DNA of 64,000 bases from positions 11,108 to 75,107 of the forward strand of contig JBHGBE010000005.1 of the NCBI GenBank assembly GCA_041946855.1, read 5' to 3'. This document shows positions 46,985-57,535 of the stretch, in pieces. Both the position numbers and the translations under genes were made by a program. The stretch is from Phycisphaerae bacterium (GTDB lineage Bacteria > Planctomycetota > Phycisphaerae > SM23-33). Position 1 is the stretch's first letter, and every line of letters begins with the position of its first letter. The notes below the pieces were generated by a model. That model was not told the origin of the DNA, made no database searches, and saw only the letters and a program-made list of their open reading frames with translations.

Positions 46985-47317
46985 GTGGCATGCATGAACT
47001 TGTTGTCTGAATCTCCTGGCAAGAGGACCTCGCCGACTGTGGTCGGCCTGGTCCATCTGAAGCTCCACGTCGCCCAGGCGGCGAGCCTCAAGGACAAGCG
47101 CCGGGTGATAAAGGGCTTCAAGGACCGCGTGGCCCACGCGTTCAACGTGTCCATCGCCGAGGTGGACTACCTGGACAACCACCGGATGGCCCTGCTGGCG
47201 GTGGCGATGGTCGGCAACGACAGGGCATACGTCGATGGCGCGCTGCAAGAGGTCATCAACCTGGCCGCGATGCACCGGGACATGGTCCTGCTGGAAAGCG
47301 AGATTCAGTGGCTATGA
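46985..47317 (+). CDS. DUF503 (YlxP-like) protein
   Basis: LKLHVAQAASLKDKRRVIKGFKDRVAHAFNVSIAEVD matches the DUF503 pattern. Canonical position immediately upstream of rbfA, overlapping it. Confidence 0.7.
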   Translation: MACMNLLSESPGKRTSPTVVGLVHLKLHVAQAASLKDKRRVIKGFKDRVAHAFNVSIAEVDYLDNHRMALLAVAMVGNDRAYVDGALQEVINLAAMHRDMVLLESEIQWL

Positions 47318-47739
47318 CGCGAAGGCTCGAGCGGATAAACAACCTGATCCGCAACACCATCGGCGAGCTGGTGCTGTCGAAGCTCTCCGACCCGCGTATC
47401 GACCCCGCGCGCGTGTCGGTGACGCGGGTGCAGACGGCCGACGACTTCCTTTCGGCCACGGTGTTCGTGTCGGTGCTGGGCGAGGAAAAGCAGCAGAAGC
47501 TGGCCCTGGCGGCCCTTCAGCACGCGGCCGGGCACGTCCAGGAGCTGATGATGCGGCAGATCGACCTCCGCAACACGCCCGTGCTGACGTTCAGGCTGGA
47601 CAAGCAGTTCAAGAAGACGCTCCAGACGCTCCAGATCCTCCAGAAGGTCTCGGAGGAGATACGGCGGAAGGACCAGGCGCGGGCCGCCGCTGGTTTCGAT
47701 GCCTCGGACCCGCCACGCGCCGGCGAGGACCGTGGCTGA
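47308..47739 (+). CDS. rbfA: Ribosome-binding factor A
   Basis: RRLERINNLIRNTIGELVL...DPRI...VSVTRVQTADDFLSATVFVSVLG. Confidence 0.85.
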   Translation: MAMTRRLERINNLIRNTIGELVLSKLSDPRIDPARVSVTRVQTADDFLSATVFVSVLGEEKQQKLALAALQHAAGHVQELMMRQIDLRNTPVLTFRLDKQFKKTLQTLQILQKVSEEIRRKDQARAAAGFDASDPPRAGEDRG

Positions 47740-47951
47740 GAATTCGGAATTAGAAATGTCGAATGCCGAAATGACTCCAAATGAGGAATGCCGGAAGAAC
47801 GGCTTGGGCCGCCATTTCTCTTTCGAGCGGCCCCAGCGCGTTGCTGTCCCGCCCGCACGTCAAGCCGGATGCCGACACGGCGCCTTAGGGCATTCTGCAT
47901 TTGTCGTTTGGAATTCCTTCGTCATTCAGGCATTCCGCATTTTGCATTCGC
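47740..47951. repeat. Heptamer-arm inverted repeat element F (GAATTCG/GAATGCC type) with about-90-nt GC-rich centre
   Basis: Left arm gaattcggaattagaaatgtcgaatgccgaaatgactccaaatgaggaatgccggaag starts on the rbfA stop. Right arm ggcattctgcatttgtcgtttggaattccttcgtcattcaggcattccgcattttgcattcgc. Confidence 0.7.
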
Positions 47952-48020
47952 TACCGGAGCGATTGCCGCTTGGCGAACCAACGCGAGTGCCTGCCGCGGG
48001 CGACGAAAACGGATAGAGCC

Positions 48021-48851
48021 ATGAAGAACGCCACCAGCTACGAGAAGAAGATCAGGAAGCTGCTGTCGGGCATGGGCAAGGGCCCCGCCGACGAGCCGCC
48101 GACGGGCGTGGACGCCTTCACGTTCATGCTCCAGGCGATCCTGGAGTCCGATGCGCCGCGCAAGGAGGCACAGAGGGCCATCCAGGCCTTCCAGCGGGAG
48201 TTTGTCGACTACAACGAGCTCCGCGTCGCGCCGACCAAGGACATCGTCGACGTGATCGGCCGCGATTTCCCGGGCGTCCGCGAGAAGGCCGAGGCCATCG
48301 TCAAGGCCCTCAACACCATCTTCGACCGCAGCTCCCGCCTCTCGATGGAATACATGCACAAGATGCCCAAGCGCGAACTCCGAAAGCATCTGCTGGAGAT
48401 GGGCATGACGCCGTACTCGGCCGCGCTGGTGACTATGGGCGTCTTCTCGGGCCACGCGGTGCCGGTCGATAAGAGCCTGGTGATCGCGCTGAAGGCCAAC
48501 GGGTACGTCCATCCCAGCAGCGACCTGGACGACATACAGGGCTTCCTGGAGCGGATAGTTGCGCAGAAGGACGGCCCGGCGGCGCATGAGCTGTTCCGCG
48601 ACTTCGTGGAGAAGAACGCCAAGGTGGTCGCCAAGCGTCTGAAAGAAGAGGCGGCGGCCGCCGCCGCGGCCAAGGCGCAAGCTGAGGCGGCCGCACGAGC
48701 GGCCGCCGCTGAGGCCGCCAAGGAGAAAGCCAAGGCCCAACAAGCGCCTGCTCCCGCCCCACAGCAGGCCGCAAAGCCGGCCAAGGCGCACAAGGCGGCG
48801 AAGATCGCCGCCGGCCGGAAGAGGGCCGGCCCTGCCGGCAAGAAAGCGTAG
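48021..48851 (+). CDS. Hypothetical protein with C-terminal Ala/Lys-rich histone-H1-like tail
   Basis: Inner Met [10 protein letters not shown] chosen as start. C-terminus [60 protein letters not shown]. Confidence 0.5.
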   Translation: MKNATSYEKKIRKLLSGMGKGPADEPPTGVDAFTFMLQAILESDAPRKEAQRAIQAFQREFVDYNELRVAPTKDIVDVIGRDFPGVREKAEAIVKALNTIFDRSSRLSMEYMHKMPKRELRKHLLEMGMTPYSAALVTMGVFSGHAVPVDKSLVIALKANGYVHPSSDLDDIQGFLERIVAQKDGPAAHELFRDFVEKNAKVVAKRLKEEAAAAAAAKAQAEAAARAAAAEAAKEKAKAQQAPAPAPQQAAKPAKAHKAAKIAAGRKRAGPAGKKA

Positions 48852-48898
48852 CCGGGGGCGTTTTGCCTGATGCATTGCGCTGCATGACGAGGAACTGG

Positions 48899-49786
48899 AT
48901 GGCACACAAGACGCCCGACGACAAGCTGGTGCTGGGCATACCCAAAGGCTCACTCCAGGACAGCACCCTGGACCTGCTGGCCCGCGCGGGCTACTGGGTC
49001 ACGATCTCCGCCCGCAGCTACGCCCCGTCCATCGACGACGAACAGATCAGCGTCATCATGTTCCGCGCGCAGGAGATGAGCCGCTACGTCGAGGACGGCG
49101 TCATCGACGCGGGGCTGACCGGCCACGACTGGATTTGTGAGAACGGCTCCGACGTGCAGGAGATCGCCGAGCTCGTCTACGCCAAGCAGAACCTTCGCCC
49201 GGTGCGGTGGGTGCTGGCGGTGCCGGAGGAAAGCCCCGTCCGCAAGGTCGAGGACCTCGAAGGCGGGATCATCGCCACGGAGCTGGTCAACGTGACCAGG
49301 AGATTCTTCCAGGACCGGGGCGTACACGTGAAGGTCGAGTTCAGTTGGGGCGCCACCGAGGTCAAGGCCCGCCTGCTGGACGCCATCGTGGACGTCACCG
49401 AGACCGGCTCCAGCCTTCGCGCCAACAAGCTCCGCGAGGTGGCCACGCTGCTTACCTCCACGACGCGCCTGGTGGCCAACAAGGACGCACTCAAGATCGC
49501 CTGGAAGCGCAACAAGATCGAGAACATCGCCCTGCTCCTGAAGGGGGCGATCGAGGCCCGAGAGAAGGTCGGGCTGAAGATGAACGTGCCAAGGGCCGCG
49601 CTGGACGCGGTGACGCGGGCTCTTCCCGCGGAGAAGAGCCCCACCGTCTCCGCGCTGGCCGACCCGGACTGGGTGGCCGTAGAGGTCATCGTGCCGGAGC
49701 GCATCGAGCGGGAACTGGTCCCGCGGCTCAAGCGGGCCGGCGCGACGGGAATCATCACCTATCCGCTGAACAAGGTCATACCATAG
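48899..49786 (+). CDS. hisG: ATP phosphoribosyltransferase (long form)
   Basis: [22 protein letters not shown]-terminal regulatory domain. Confidence 0.85.
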   Translation: MAHKTPDDKLVLGIPKGSLQDSTLDLLARAGYWVTISARSYAPSIDDEQISVIMFRAQEMSRYVEDGVIDAGLTGHDWICENGSDVQEIAELVYAKQNLRPVRWVLAVPEESPVRKVEDLEGGIIATELVNVTRRFFQDRGVHVKVEFSWGATEVKARLLDAIVDVTETGSSLRANKLREVATLLTSTTRLVANKDALKIAWKRNKIENIALLLKGAIEAREKVGLKMNVPRAALDAVTRALPAEKSPTVSALADPDWVAVEVIVPERIERELVPRLKRAGATGIITYPLNKVIP

Positions 49787-52700
49787 TGACTACTCGACAT
49801 TCGCCGTGGATCGGACTTGTGGCGGCAGTCGTTCTCTGCGCCGCCTGCGGGTGCTCGGCGCAGGGCCAGGGCCAGACTGCGCAGGCCGGCCCGGGCACGT
49901 CGGCCCAGCCGACGCCCGCGCCGCTGCCCGCCAAGGCGCTGCTCAAGCTCGATGAGCTCAAGCCGCCCCTCGCCACGCGCCCGACGGCCACCAGCGCACC
50001 GACGACCAGGCCGCTGTCGCCCCAGGCCGCCGCCGCCCTTGCCGAGGCCGAGAAGTGCCTGGCCGCCAAGCCCACCCCCGACACGATGGAGGCCATCCGC
50101 TACCTGGAGCGGGCCATCAGCTTCGACCCCGACAGCGTCAAGATTCGCCGCACCCTCGGCCTGGCCTACGCGAGCATCCAGGACTACGGCAAGGCCGTCA
50201 ACCACCTCCGCTACGCAGTCAAGGCGGCGCCGGATGACCTCGAATCGCACCTGCTCCTGGCAAACGTGCTGATGTTCCAGAAGGCCAACGAGGACGCCAT
50301 CGCCGCCTTCCGCACCGCCCTGGCCTGTTCCGACGCCCGGCCGGAGAATCCGTTGACCGCCGAGGCGCTGCTGCACCTGGGCGAGTTGCTCCAAAAGGAA
50401 GGCTACTACACCGCCGCGCTTGAGTGCTTCACCCGCCTGGAGGGCATGATCGAGAAATACGGCAGCGCCTACACATCCCGCGCGGCGCTGAAGGAGCTGG
50501 TGCTCCGCCCCGAAAGGCTCCAGACGGTCCGCGGCCAGTTGCTCACCGACCTCCGCCGCCCGTCGGAGGCCATCGACCCGCTCCAGAAGGCCTACGACAG
50601 CAACCACACCGACCTGACGGCCGCCAGGCTGCTTCTGGAGGCCCTGATCGCCGTCAAGCAGTACGACCGCGCGGAGAAGCTGCTGGTTGAGCTTGCCGGC
50701 GAAGGCTCGCAAGGCCCACAGCTTTCGATGCTGGCCCAGTCGCTCTGCCGCGCGGCGGGCGACCCCGCGATGCCCAACCGCATCTGGGAGGCGTTCCGCA
50801 AGAAGAACGCGGTCAACGCGCCGCTGGCCGTCGCGCTGGCGGCAATCTCAGAGCGGCTCGGGCGGGACGACCAGGCGCGGGCGATCCTTCAGGCTGTCGC
50901 CGAGCAGATGCCCGGCAACATGAGCGTCGCTTCCGCGCTGGCGGGCCTGCTGGCGCGCCAGGGCAAGCCCGAGGCGGCCCTGGACGTGCTGGTGAAGGCC
51001 GTCGCGGCCAGCCCCCGGAACGTCACCGGCGTCGGCGAGGGCGTCCGCCAGGTCCTGGCAGCCAGCCTGACCGATGCGAAGGAGAAGGAGTTCATTGACT
51101 CCGCCCGCGCATCGGCCGGGGCGGACAAGTACGCGATGCTCTATGTGGCGGGCATGATCGCCCAGGCCCGCGGCCAGTACGACCAGGCCGTCGACCTGTT
51201 CGGGCAGACCATCGACGCCCGCAGGGACTTCCTGCCGGCGTACGAGGGGATCGTCGACGTCGACCTGGCGCAGGACCTCTATGACAAGGCCGCCAACGCC
51301 GTCGCGGGACTGCCCAGGCAGGATTACTTCGCCAGCTACCTGCTGGGCAAGATCAAGCTCGCTCGCGGACAGACCGCCGCGGCGATCAAGGACCTGGAGG
51401 CCTGCCGCAAGGCAGACGAGAAGTTCGTGCCCGCGTGCCTGGCGCTGGCCGAGGCGTACGTCCGCGAGCGGCGCGGCGACACGGCCGCCAGCGTGCTCAA
51501 GTCGGTGCTGAACACCGAGGACCCGCGAGTCTACCGCCTTCTGTTCCAGACCTACCTCGCCGGGAGGCAGTACCGCGACGCCCAGGCGGTCATCGGCATG
51601 TCCATCGAGCGCTCGCCGCAGAGCCTCCAGGGACTGATCATGCTGGCGGAGCTGAACATGGCCATCGGCCAGCACCTGGCCGCGCGGAGCATCGTCGCGC
51701 AGCTCCTGGAGCAGGCGCCCGACAGCGTGGATGTGAACCTGCTGGCGGCGCGTGAGGAAGTTGCGGCGGCCGGCGGGCTTGTCTCCAAGCCGCAGTACGA
51801 CGTTGCGATGAAGCGCCTCGACGCAGTCCTGCGCCTGGACCCGCGCAACATAGACGCCCAGCGCTTCAAGGCGCAGCTCGCCGGCCAGCCGGGCCTGTTC
51901 GCCCAGGCCGCCGAGACCTGGAAGAACCTCCGCCAGCAGTACCCCGCCGAGACCGAGTTCGGCGTCAACTACGCCATGGCGCTCATGCTGGCCAGGAAGT
52001 ACGACCTGGCGGCGCAGACGGCCGAGGAGCTCCTTGCCGGCATGACCACCGACACGCCGGACCGCCAGGCCCTGCGCACCACCTTCATCGAGCTTCAGCT
52101 TAAGCTCAAGAACTATGCCAAGGCCGAGGAGCTCGTCCAGAAGTGGATCAACGAGGAGAATGCCAAGGCGGACAATGCCAAGGACCTCGCGCGAATCCGC
52201 GGCTATCAGGGCCTCCTGCTGACGATTTACGAGGCGGCCAAGGACCCGGCCTCCTGCGAGAAGGCGGTCAAGGCCATTGACGAATGGCTCCCGAAGGCCG
52301 ACGCCAGGGCCAAGGCGCGGCTCTACCAGCAGAAGGTCCAGTTCCTGTGCCTGGCCAAGCAGTACGACAAGGCCGTCGAGTACGTCAACGGCCTGATCAA
52401 GCAGAAGGTCAAGCCGGAGACGGACATCCCGCGCGGCGCGCTGATCGTCGAGCTGAGAGAGGCCAAGCAGTTCGACAAGGCCCAGGCGGCGCTGGATGAG
52501 TGGATCAAGGCGGGCGGCAGCGCGGACCTCCTCGAAAGCTACCGGGTGCTGAAGATCGAGTTGTACGGCCAGGCCGGCAAGCTCGACGAGGCCCAGAAGG
52601 TTGCGGACGCCTGCATCGCCCAGGCGCCGACCGCCGTCGCGCCGCGGCAGGCGCTGATCGACGTCCTTGCCGACCCCGCTCACAAGAAGTACGACCAGGC

Positions 52701-53523
52701 GCTGGCGCTGGTCGATGGATGGTTGGCAAAGGTCCCCGCCAGCGCGCCGGCCACCGCCCCCGCGACAAAGCCCGCGCCCACGCCGACTCCCCGGCCGCCC
52801 ATCAGGCCATTCCCGGGCCCGGGTCCCGGTCCCGGCCCAGGTCCGGCGACAGCCCCGGCGAAGGTCGTCATCGAGCTTGGTCCCTGGCTGCGCCAGACGA
52901 AGGTCTGGGTACTCCTCAAGGCGGGCAAGTTCGGCGACGCCCTGGTGACGGCCGACAAGTACCTCAAGGATGATCCCAAGGACGTCCGCCTGCTCAACCT
53001 CAAGAGCTCCTGCCTGTCGGAACTGAAGCGGCCGAAGGAGTCGATGGCCGTCCTGGAGGAAGTGTACAAGCTCAACCCCAACGACAGCATGGCCAACAAC
53101 AACCTCGGCTACGTCTATGCCGAGCAGGGCGTGAATCTCGACAAGGCCCACGAGATGCTCCGCAGGGCCCTGGGTGAGAAGCCCTCCGACCCGTCGTTCC
53201 TGGACTCGCTGGGCTGGATCCTCTACCGGCAGGGCCGGTTCAACGAGGCCGGCAGCGTCTTCCGCGAGCTGCTGACGCTGCTGGAGGGCCGCGAGGCGGA
53301 TGAGGGCCGCGCGGTCATCTACGACCACGCGGGCGACGCGTACTGGCGGCTGGGCTGGGCCCAGAAGGCCGTGGAGCTTTGGAACAAGGCCGTCGAGCTG
53401 GCCGGCAAGGACAAGTCGCCGACCCCGGAGGACAAGCAGGTGCAGTCCTCGGCGCAGGCGAAGGTCAAGGCCGCCCAGTCGGGCAAGGCCCCGGCCGTGA
53501 TGCTGACGGCCGAAGGAAAGTAG
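49786..53523 (+). CDS. Very large TPR-repeat lipoprotein with PGPGPGPGPGP linker
   Basis: Putative GTG start overlapping the hisG stop. N-terminal LVAAVVLCAACGCS lipoprotein-type signal. TPR units throughout. Confidence 0.65.
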   Translation: MTTRHSPWIGLVAAVVLCAACGCSAQGQGQTAQAGPGTSAQPTPAPLPAKALLKLDELKPPLATRPTATSAPTTRPLSPQAAAALAEAEKCLAAKPTPDTMEAIRYLERAISFDPDSVKIRRTLGLAYASIQDYGKAVNHLRYAVKAAPDDLESHLLLANVLMFQKANEDAIAAFRTALACSDARPENPLTAEALLHLGELLQKEGYYTAALECFTRLEGMIEKYGSAYTSRAALKELVLRPERLQTVRGQLLTDLRRPSEAIDPLQKAYDSNHTDLTAARLLLEALIAVKQYDRAEKLLVELAGEGSQGPQLSMLAQSLCRAAGDPAMPNRIWEAFRKKNAVNAPLAVALAAISERLGRDDQARAILQAVAEQMPGNMSVASALAGLLARQGKPEAALDVLVKAVAASPRNVTGVGEGVRQVLAASLTDAKEKEFIDSARASAGADKYAMLYVAGMIAQARGQYDQAVDLFGQTIDARRDFLPAYEGIVDVDLAQDLYDKAANAVAGLPRQDYFASYLLGKIKLARGQTAAAIKDLEACRKADEKFVPACLALAEAYVRERRGDTAASVLKSVLNTEDPRVYRLLFQTYLAGRQYRDAQAVIGMSIERSPQSLQGLIMLAELNMAIGQHLAARSIVAQLLEQAPDSVDVNLLAAREEVAAAGGLVSKPQYDVAMKRLDAVLRLDPRNIDAQRFKAQLAGQPGLFAQAAETWKNLRQQYPAETEFGVNYAMALMLARKYDLAAQTAEELLAGMTTDTPDRQALRTTFIELQLKLKNYAKAEELVQKWINEENAKADNAKDLARIRGYQGLLLTIYEAAKDPASCEKAVKAIDEWLPKADARAKARLYQQKVQFLCLAKQYDKAVEYVNGLIKQKVKPETDIPRGALIVELREAKQFDKAQAALDEWIKAGGSADLLESYRVLKIELYGQAGKLDEAQKVADACIAQAPTAVAPRQALIDVLADPAHKKYDQALALVDGWLAKVPASAPATAPATKPAPTPTPRPPIRPFPGPGPGPGPGPATAPAKVVIELGPWLRQTKVWVLLKAGKFGDALVTADKYLKDDPKDVRLLNLKSSCLSELKRPKESMAVLEEVYKLNPNDSMANNNLGYVYAEQGVNLDKAHEMLRRALGEKPSDPSFLDSLGWILYRQGRFNEAGSVFRELLTLLEGREADEGRAVIYDHAGDAYWRLGWAQKAVELWNKAVELAGKDKSPTPEDKQVQSSAQAKVKAAQSGKAPAVMLTAEGK

Positions 53524-53708
53524 CGGAAAGAAAAAACTTGCAGGGATGCAAGGGATACAAAGGATGATGAAGTTGAAGAGACAGGCAGTGCAATGCGGCC
53601 CGGCGGCCGAATCGCGACACCGGGCGCCTGTGGGGCGCTGCCGCGGCTTGCTTGCTTTCAATTGTCTGAATCCCCTGCATCCCCTTTATCCCTGCTGAGT
53701 TTCTGTTG
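53524..53708. repeat. Heptamer-arm inverted repeat element G (GCAGGGA/TGCAAGG type)
   Basis: Left arm cttgcagggatgcaagggatacaaaggatgatgaag immediately after the TPR-lipoprotein stop. Right arm aatcccctgcatcccctttatccctgc. GC-rich centre with its own hairpin. Confidence 0.7.
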
Positions 53709-53719
53709 GAGAAGGAAGC

Positions 53720-54472
53720 ATGTCAGGCCATTCTCACTGGGCTAAGATCAAGCGTTACAAGTCGGCCACGGACGCCAAGCGCGGCCGCGCGTGGAGCAAG
53801 CTCGCGCGCCGCATCATCGTGGCCGCCAAGCACGGCGGCGGCAACCCCGACGACAACCTTTCCCTGCGCTATGCCATCGACGACGCCCGCGCGGAGAACA
53901 TGCCCAACGACACGATCAAGAACGCCATCAAGAAGGGCACGGGCGAGCTCGGGGCGGTCAACTACGAGAACATCACCTACGAGGGCTACGGCCCCGGCGG
54001 CGTGGCGTACCTGGTCGAGTGCCTCACCGACAACCGCAGCCGGACCGCGCCGGAGATGCGCAAGATATTCGAGCGGGCCGGCGGCCAGATGGGCCCGGTC
54101 AACTGCGTGGCCTGGATGTTCGACAAGAAGGGCGTCTTCGCCATCACCTCCGACAAGGCCGACGAGGACACGCTGATGGAGATCGCGCTTGAAGCCGGGG
54201 CCGACGACGTGACGCGCGATGGCGACCTCTTCGAGATCACCTGCTCGCCGGCCGCGTTCAACAAGGTCAAGGAGGCGCTGGCCGCCCGCAAGATCGAGAC
54301 CGTCTCCGCGCAGATCGCCATGCAGCCCAGGAACACGGTCCCCGTCGGCCCCGACAAGGCCGCTCAGGTCCTGGGCCTGGTCGAGGCGCTGGAAGAGCAC
54401 GAGGACGTGCAGAACGTCTACGCCAACTTCGACATACCCGAGGAGGTGCTGGCGAAGGTGGGAGAGAAGTAG
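53720..54472 (+). CDS. yebC: YebC/PmpR-family transcriptional regulator
   Basis: MSGHSHWAKIKRYKSATDAKRG...KHGGGNPDDNLSLRYAIDDARAENMPNDTI. Confidence 0.9.
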   Translation: MSGHSHWAKIKRYKSATDAKRGRAWSKLARRIIVAAKHGGGNPDDNLSLRYAIDDARAENMPNDTIKNAIKKGTGELGAVNYENITYEGYGPGGVAYLVECLTDNRSRTAPEMRKIFERAGGQMGPVNCVAWMFDKKGVFAITSDKADEDTLMEIALEAGADDVTRDGDLFEITCSPAAFNKVKEALAARKIETVSAQIAMQPRNTVPVGPDKAAQVLGLVEALEEHEDVQNVYANFDIPEEVLAKVGEK

Positions 54473-54516
54473 CGCGACTGGCACCTGGTCCGTGCGACGG
54501 AGGCGAGACTGACGCC

Positions 54517-55185
54517 ATGCGTCATCTGGCAGTAGGAGACGTTCACGGATGCTTCACAGCCCTCAGGACCTTGGCAGCCTTTGTCCCTCTTGGGTCGTCA
54601 GACGTTCTTGTCATGCTCGGAGACTACGTTGACCGAGGCCCTGACTCCTGCGCTGTTCTGGACTGGCTGATAGACCGTGAGCGCCGCGGCACCTTGGTCG
54701 CCTTGCGCGGCAATCACGAGTTGATGATGCTCAACGCGAGGGAGGATCCGGAAGCCTTTCGACGATGGATGGAGTACGGCGCGGCGCCGGCCCCGGCTTC
54801 ATATTCACCGGTGAGCGACAGCGGGCGATTGCAGGACGTGCCGGACTCGCACTGGAAGTTCCTGGAGGAACGAACACGGCCGTGGTATCAAACAGATGCG
54901 CACTTCTTCGTACACGCGAATGCTTTTCCAGGTGTCCCTTTGGAGGAACAGCCTGATCTAATGCTGTACTGGGAGCTTTGGGGCGACCCTTCGCCGCACG
55001 AATCAGGCAAGGTCATGGTCTGCGGCCACACGCCTCAGAGATCAGGCGTTCCGAAGGACATCGGTCATGCCGTCTGCATCGACACGTTGGCATGGGACGG
55101 CGGTTGGCTGACGTGTCTTGATGCTGCATCGGGCGCATACTGGCAGGCCAACCAGAAGGGCGAGACTCGTCGATCCCGACTGTAG
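54517..55185 (+). CDS. Calcineurin-like metallophosphoesterase (PrpE/ApaH-like Ser/Thr phosphatase)
   Basis: GDVHGC, GDYVDRG and GNHE motifs. Confidence 0.8.
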   Translation: MRHLAVGDVHGCFTALRTLAAFVPLGSSDVLVMLGDYVDRGPDSCAVLDWLIDRERRGTLVALRGNHELMMLNAREDPEAFRRWMEYGAAPAPASYSPVSDSGRLQDVPDSHWKFLEERTRPWYQTDAHFFVHANAFPGVPLEEQPDLMLYWELWGDPSPHESGKVMVCGHTPQRSGVPKDIGHAVCIDTLAWDGGWLTCLDAASGAYWQANQKGETRRSRL

Positions 55186-55348
55186 TGGCTCCGGCCTCAC
55201 TGACCTTGTGACGGAGGATTCGGCGCTCACGACAGTTCGCACGCCGATTCAGGCATCAAGAACAACAGCACACCTTATTTTCGATTTCCGGCAAAATCGC
55301 AAATAACGCCCTTGCTTATTTTCGCGGCTGTAGGTAGGCTTTCCAGGC

Positions 55349-56509
55349 ATGACGACGCGCCAACAACCGCCCGGCAGGTTCGTGCGTTGCGCGGGAGGGG
55401 TCCAGGCGTTCGTTCCGGCCCCCTTGCCTCCCGAGGTCAACTGGACGCCCAGGCTGATGAGAGCGCTCTCCGACGCCGACCGCCTCCTGGGGCAGCTTGC
55501 CGGGGAAGGCCGGGGGCTGCCCAACCCGCACCTGCTCATGCGGCCGTTCGTCAAGCGCGAGGCCGTGCTTTCCAGCCGGATCGAGGGCACTCAGGCCACG
55601 CTGGGCGAGCTGCTTGCCGCCGACGCCGGGGCCGCCGTGGACCGCAGCCCCGAGGACCTGCGCGAGGTCGCCAACTACGTGGCCGCCCTGGACCACGGGA
55701 TCAAGCGGCTCAAGAACCTTCCGCTCTCGCTGCGCCTGGTAAAAGAGCTCCACGCCAAGCTCATGCACGGCGTTCGGGGCGGCGTGGCGACGCCCGGCGA
55801 GTTCCGCCGCAGCCAGAACTGGATCGGCCCGCCCGGCTGCACGCTGAGCAACGCCAGCTATGTGCCTCCGCCGCCGGATGAACTGATGGTGTGCCTTGGC
55901 GACTGGGAGAAGTTCCTGCACGATCGCTCGCTGCCGCCGTTGGCGCAGGTGGCCCTGATGCACTACCAGTTCGAGGCCATTCACCCGTTCCTGGACGGCA
56001 ACGGGCGCATCGGCCGGTTGCTGATCACGCTCTTTCTTGTCGAGCGCGGGATACTGCCCACCCCGCTGCTCTGCCTCAGCGCGTTCTTCGAGGCGACCCG
56101 GCGCGAGTACTACGACAGGCTGTCCGCTGTTACCGCACGGGCGGCCTGGGGCGGCTGGGTTGAGTACTTCCTTAACGGCGTCGCGCGAATGTCCGAGGAC
56201 GCCCTGGCGAGGGCCGAGAGGATCAACGCCTTGACCGTTCAGTGGCGCCGGAAGGTGGCAGGCGCGGCGTCCAGGACGCCCTCGCAACTGGTTGACCTGC
56301 TGGCCGAGAACCCATATTGGACCATCAACAAGGCGGCCCAGCGCCTCGGCGTGGCGTTCACGACAGCCCAGAGGGCCGTGGAGCGGCTGGAGAGTCTGGG
56401 CATCCTGAAGCGCGCGACCGATTCCAGGCGGGGACGAGTGTTCTGCGCGGCGGCGATAATGGACATACTGGACGAGCCCGCGAACCTTACGCCCCTGCCA
56501 CCCCTGTAG
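55349..56509 (+). CDS. Fic-family protein (AMPylation/Doc-like) with C-terminal winged-helix domain
   Basis: HPFLDGNGRIGR canonical Fic motif. Typical N-terminal alpha-inhibitory/adaptor region. Confidence 0.85.
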   Translation: MTTRQQPPGRFVRCAGGVQAFVPAPLPPEVNWTPRLMRALSDADRLLGQLAGEGRGLPNPHLLMRPFVKREAVLSSRIEGTQATLGELLAADAGAAVDRSPEDLREVANYVAALDHGIKRLKNLPLSLRLVKELHAKLMHGVRGGVATPGEFRRSQNWIGPPGCTLSNASYVPPPPDELMVCLGDWEKFLHDRSLPPLAQVALMHYQFEAIHPFLDGNGRIGRLLITLFLVERGILPTPLLCLSAFFEATRREYYDRLSAVTARAAWGGWVEYFLNGVARMSEDALARAERINALTVQWRRKVAGAASRTPSQLVDLLAENPYWTINKAAQRLGVAFTTAQRAVERLESLGILKRATDSRRGRVFCAAAIMDILDEPANLTPLPPL

Positions 56510-56536
56510 AACGCGGTCGGGCAGCGTCGACCGAGC

Positions 56537-57535
56537 CTAGTCGTTCCTTCTGACCGCCAGGGCCGTGGGGTATCCGATCATCTCGCCCAGGCTCACATCC
56601 GCGTCGGTGAACGGCTGTTCGCCCTTGCGGTAGAGGATGACCACGCCGATGAGTTCGCGGTCGGCCGGCACGAGCGGGATGGCCAGGATGCTCACGCCCA
56701 CGAGGCGCCGGCGGATGGCCTCGGCGAACAGGTGCGCATCCTCCGTGGCGTCCATGAGCAGGCACTTGGGGGCGGCAAGCAGCATGTCGACGACGGGCTT
56801 GGACAGGGCCTCGCAGAACTCCAGCGAGTCTGGCACGGGCACGCCGAACCGCCCGGCGATGCGGAGGCGGGCGCTGGCGTCGCAGACCATCGCCACGCCG
56901 AAGACCGTGCCCGACTGCTTGACGAACAGGCGGAAGACTGCCTTGAAGACGTCGTCGTCGTTGGCCGCGCGGACGAGCTCGTTCTGGAAGGCCATCGCCT
57001 GCTTCTGGATGGCGAACTGGCCGCTGAGGTCGCGGAAGGCGGCCGTCAGGTCGGCGCACGCGCCGGAGACCTGGCGGGCGAGTGTCTTCTTCTGGATGTT
57101 CGACTGGCGGGCGAGGCCTCGCAGGCGGCGGGCGCGCGCGGCCCTTCGGCGGCGCGTGCGGCCGTGCGCGATCTCCGCGCGGATGGCGGCCGTCAGGCGG
57201 TCGAGGTCCAGCGGCTTGGTCATCAGCTCCACGGGCCGCCGGCGCGACGCCTCGGCCATGCTCGCCGGGTCGCCCCGCCCGGTTATCACGACGGCCGGGA
57301 CATCCGCGCCGCTGTCGCGAAGGCGGTCGATCACGTCCAGCCCCGTGCAGTCGCCCAGGCGCAGGTCGGTCACGAGGAAGTCCGGGCGCTGGCGTGCGGA
57401 GATGTCCAGGGCGGCCTGCCCGCTGCCGGCGGCCGTCACGCGAAGGCCGCTCGCGCCCAGCGCATCCGTCAGCAGCTCGCGGATGTCGGGCTCATCGTCC
57501 ACGACGAGCACGTGTGGTTGGGCAGTCTCGCTCAT
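56537..57535 (-). CDS. Response regulator (REC) with C-terminal GAF-like domain
   Basis: VLVVDDEPDIRELL...FLVTDLRLGD receiver motifs. Confidence 0.7.
   Translation of the reverse strand: MSETAQPHVLVVDDEPDIRELLTDALGASGLRVTAAGSGQAALDISARQRPDFLVTDLRLGDCTGLDVIDRLRDSGADVPAVVITGRGDPASMAEASRRRPVELMTKPLDLDRLTAAIRAEIAHGRTRRRRAARARRLRGLARQSNIQKKTLARQVSGACADLTAAFRDLSGQFAIQKQAMAFQNELVRAANDDDVFKAVFRLFVKQSGTVFGVAMVCDASARLRIAGRFGVPVPDSLEFCEALSKPVVDMLLAAPKCLLMDATEDAHLFAEAIRRRLVGVSILAIPLVPADRELIGVVILYRKGEQPFTDADVSLGEMIGYPTALAVRRND

Noticed and set aside
49207-49786. N-terminal about 190 aa of the 1438-aa ORF starting at 49207
   Set aside because: This part is an out-of-frame read-through across hisG (RGRG-rich). 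The real TPR lipoprotein most likely starts at the GTG overlapping the hisG stop near 49786.
50848-53661. 937-aa minus-strand ORF
   Set aside because: It is antisense to the TPR lipoprotein gene.
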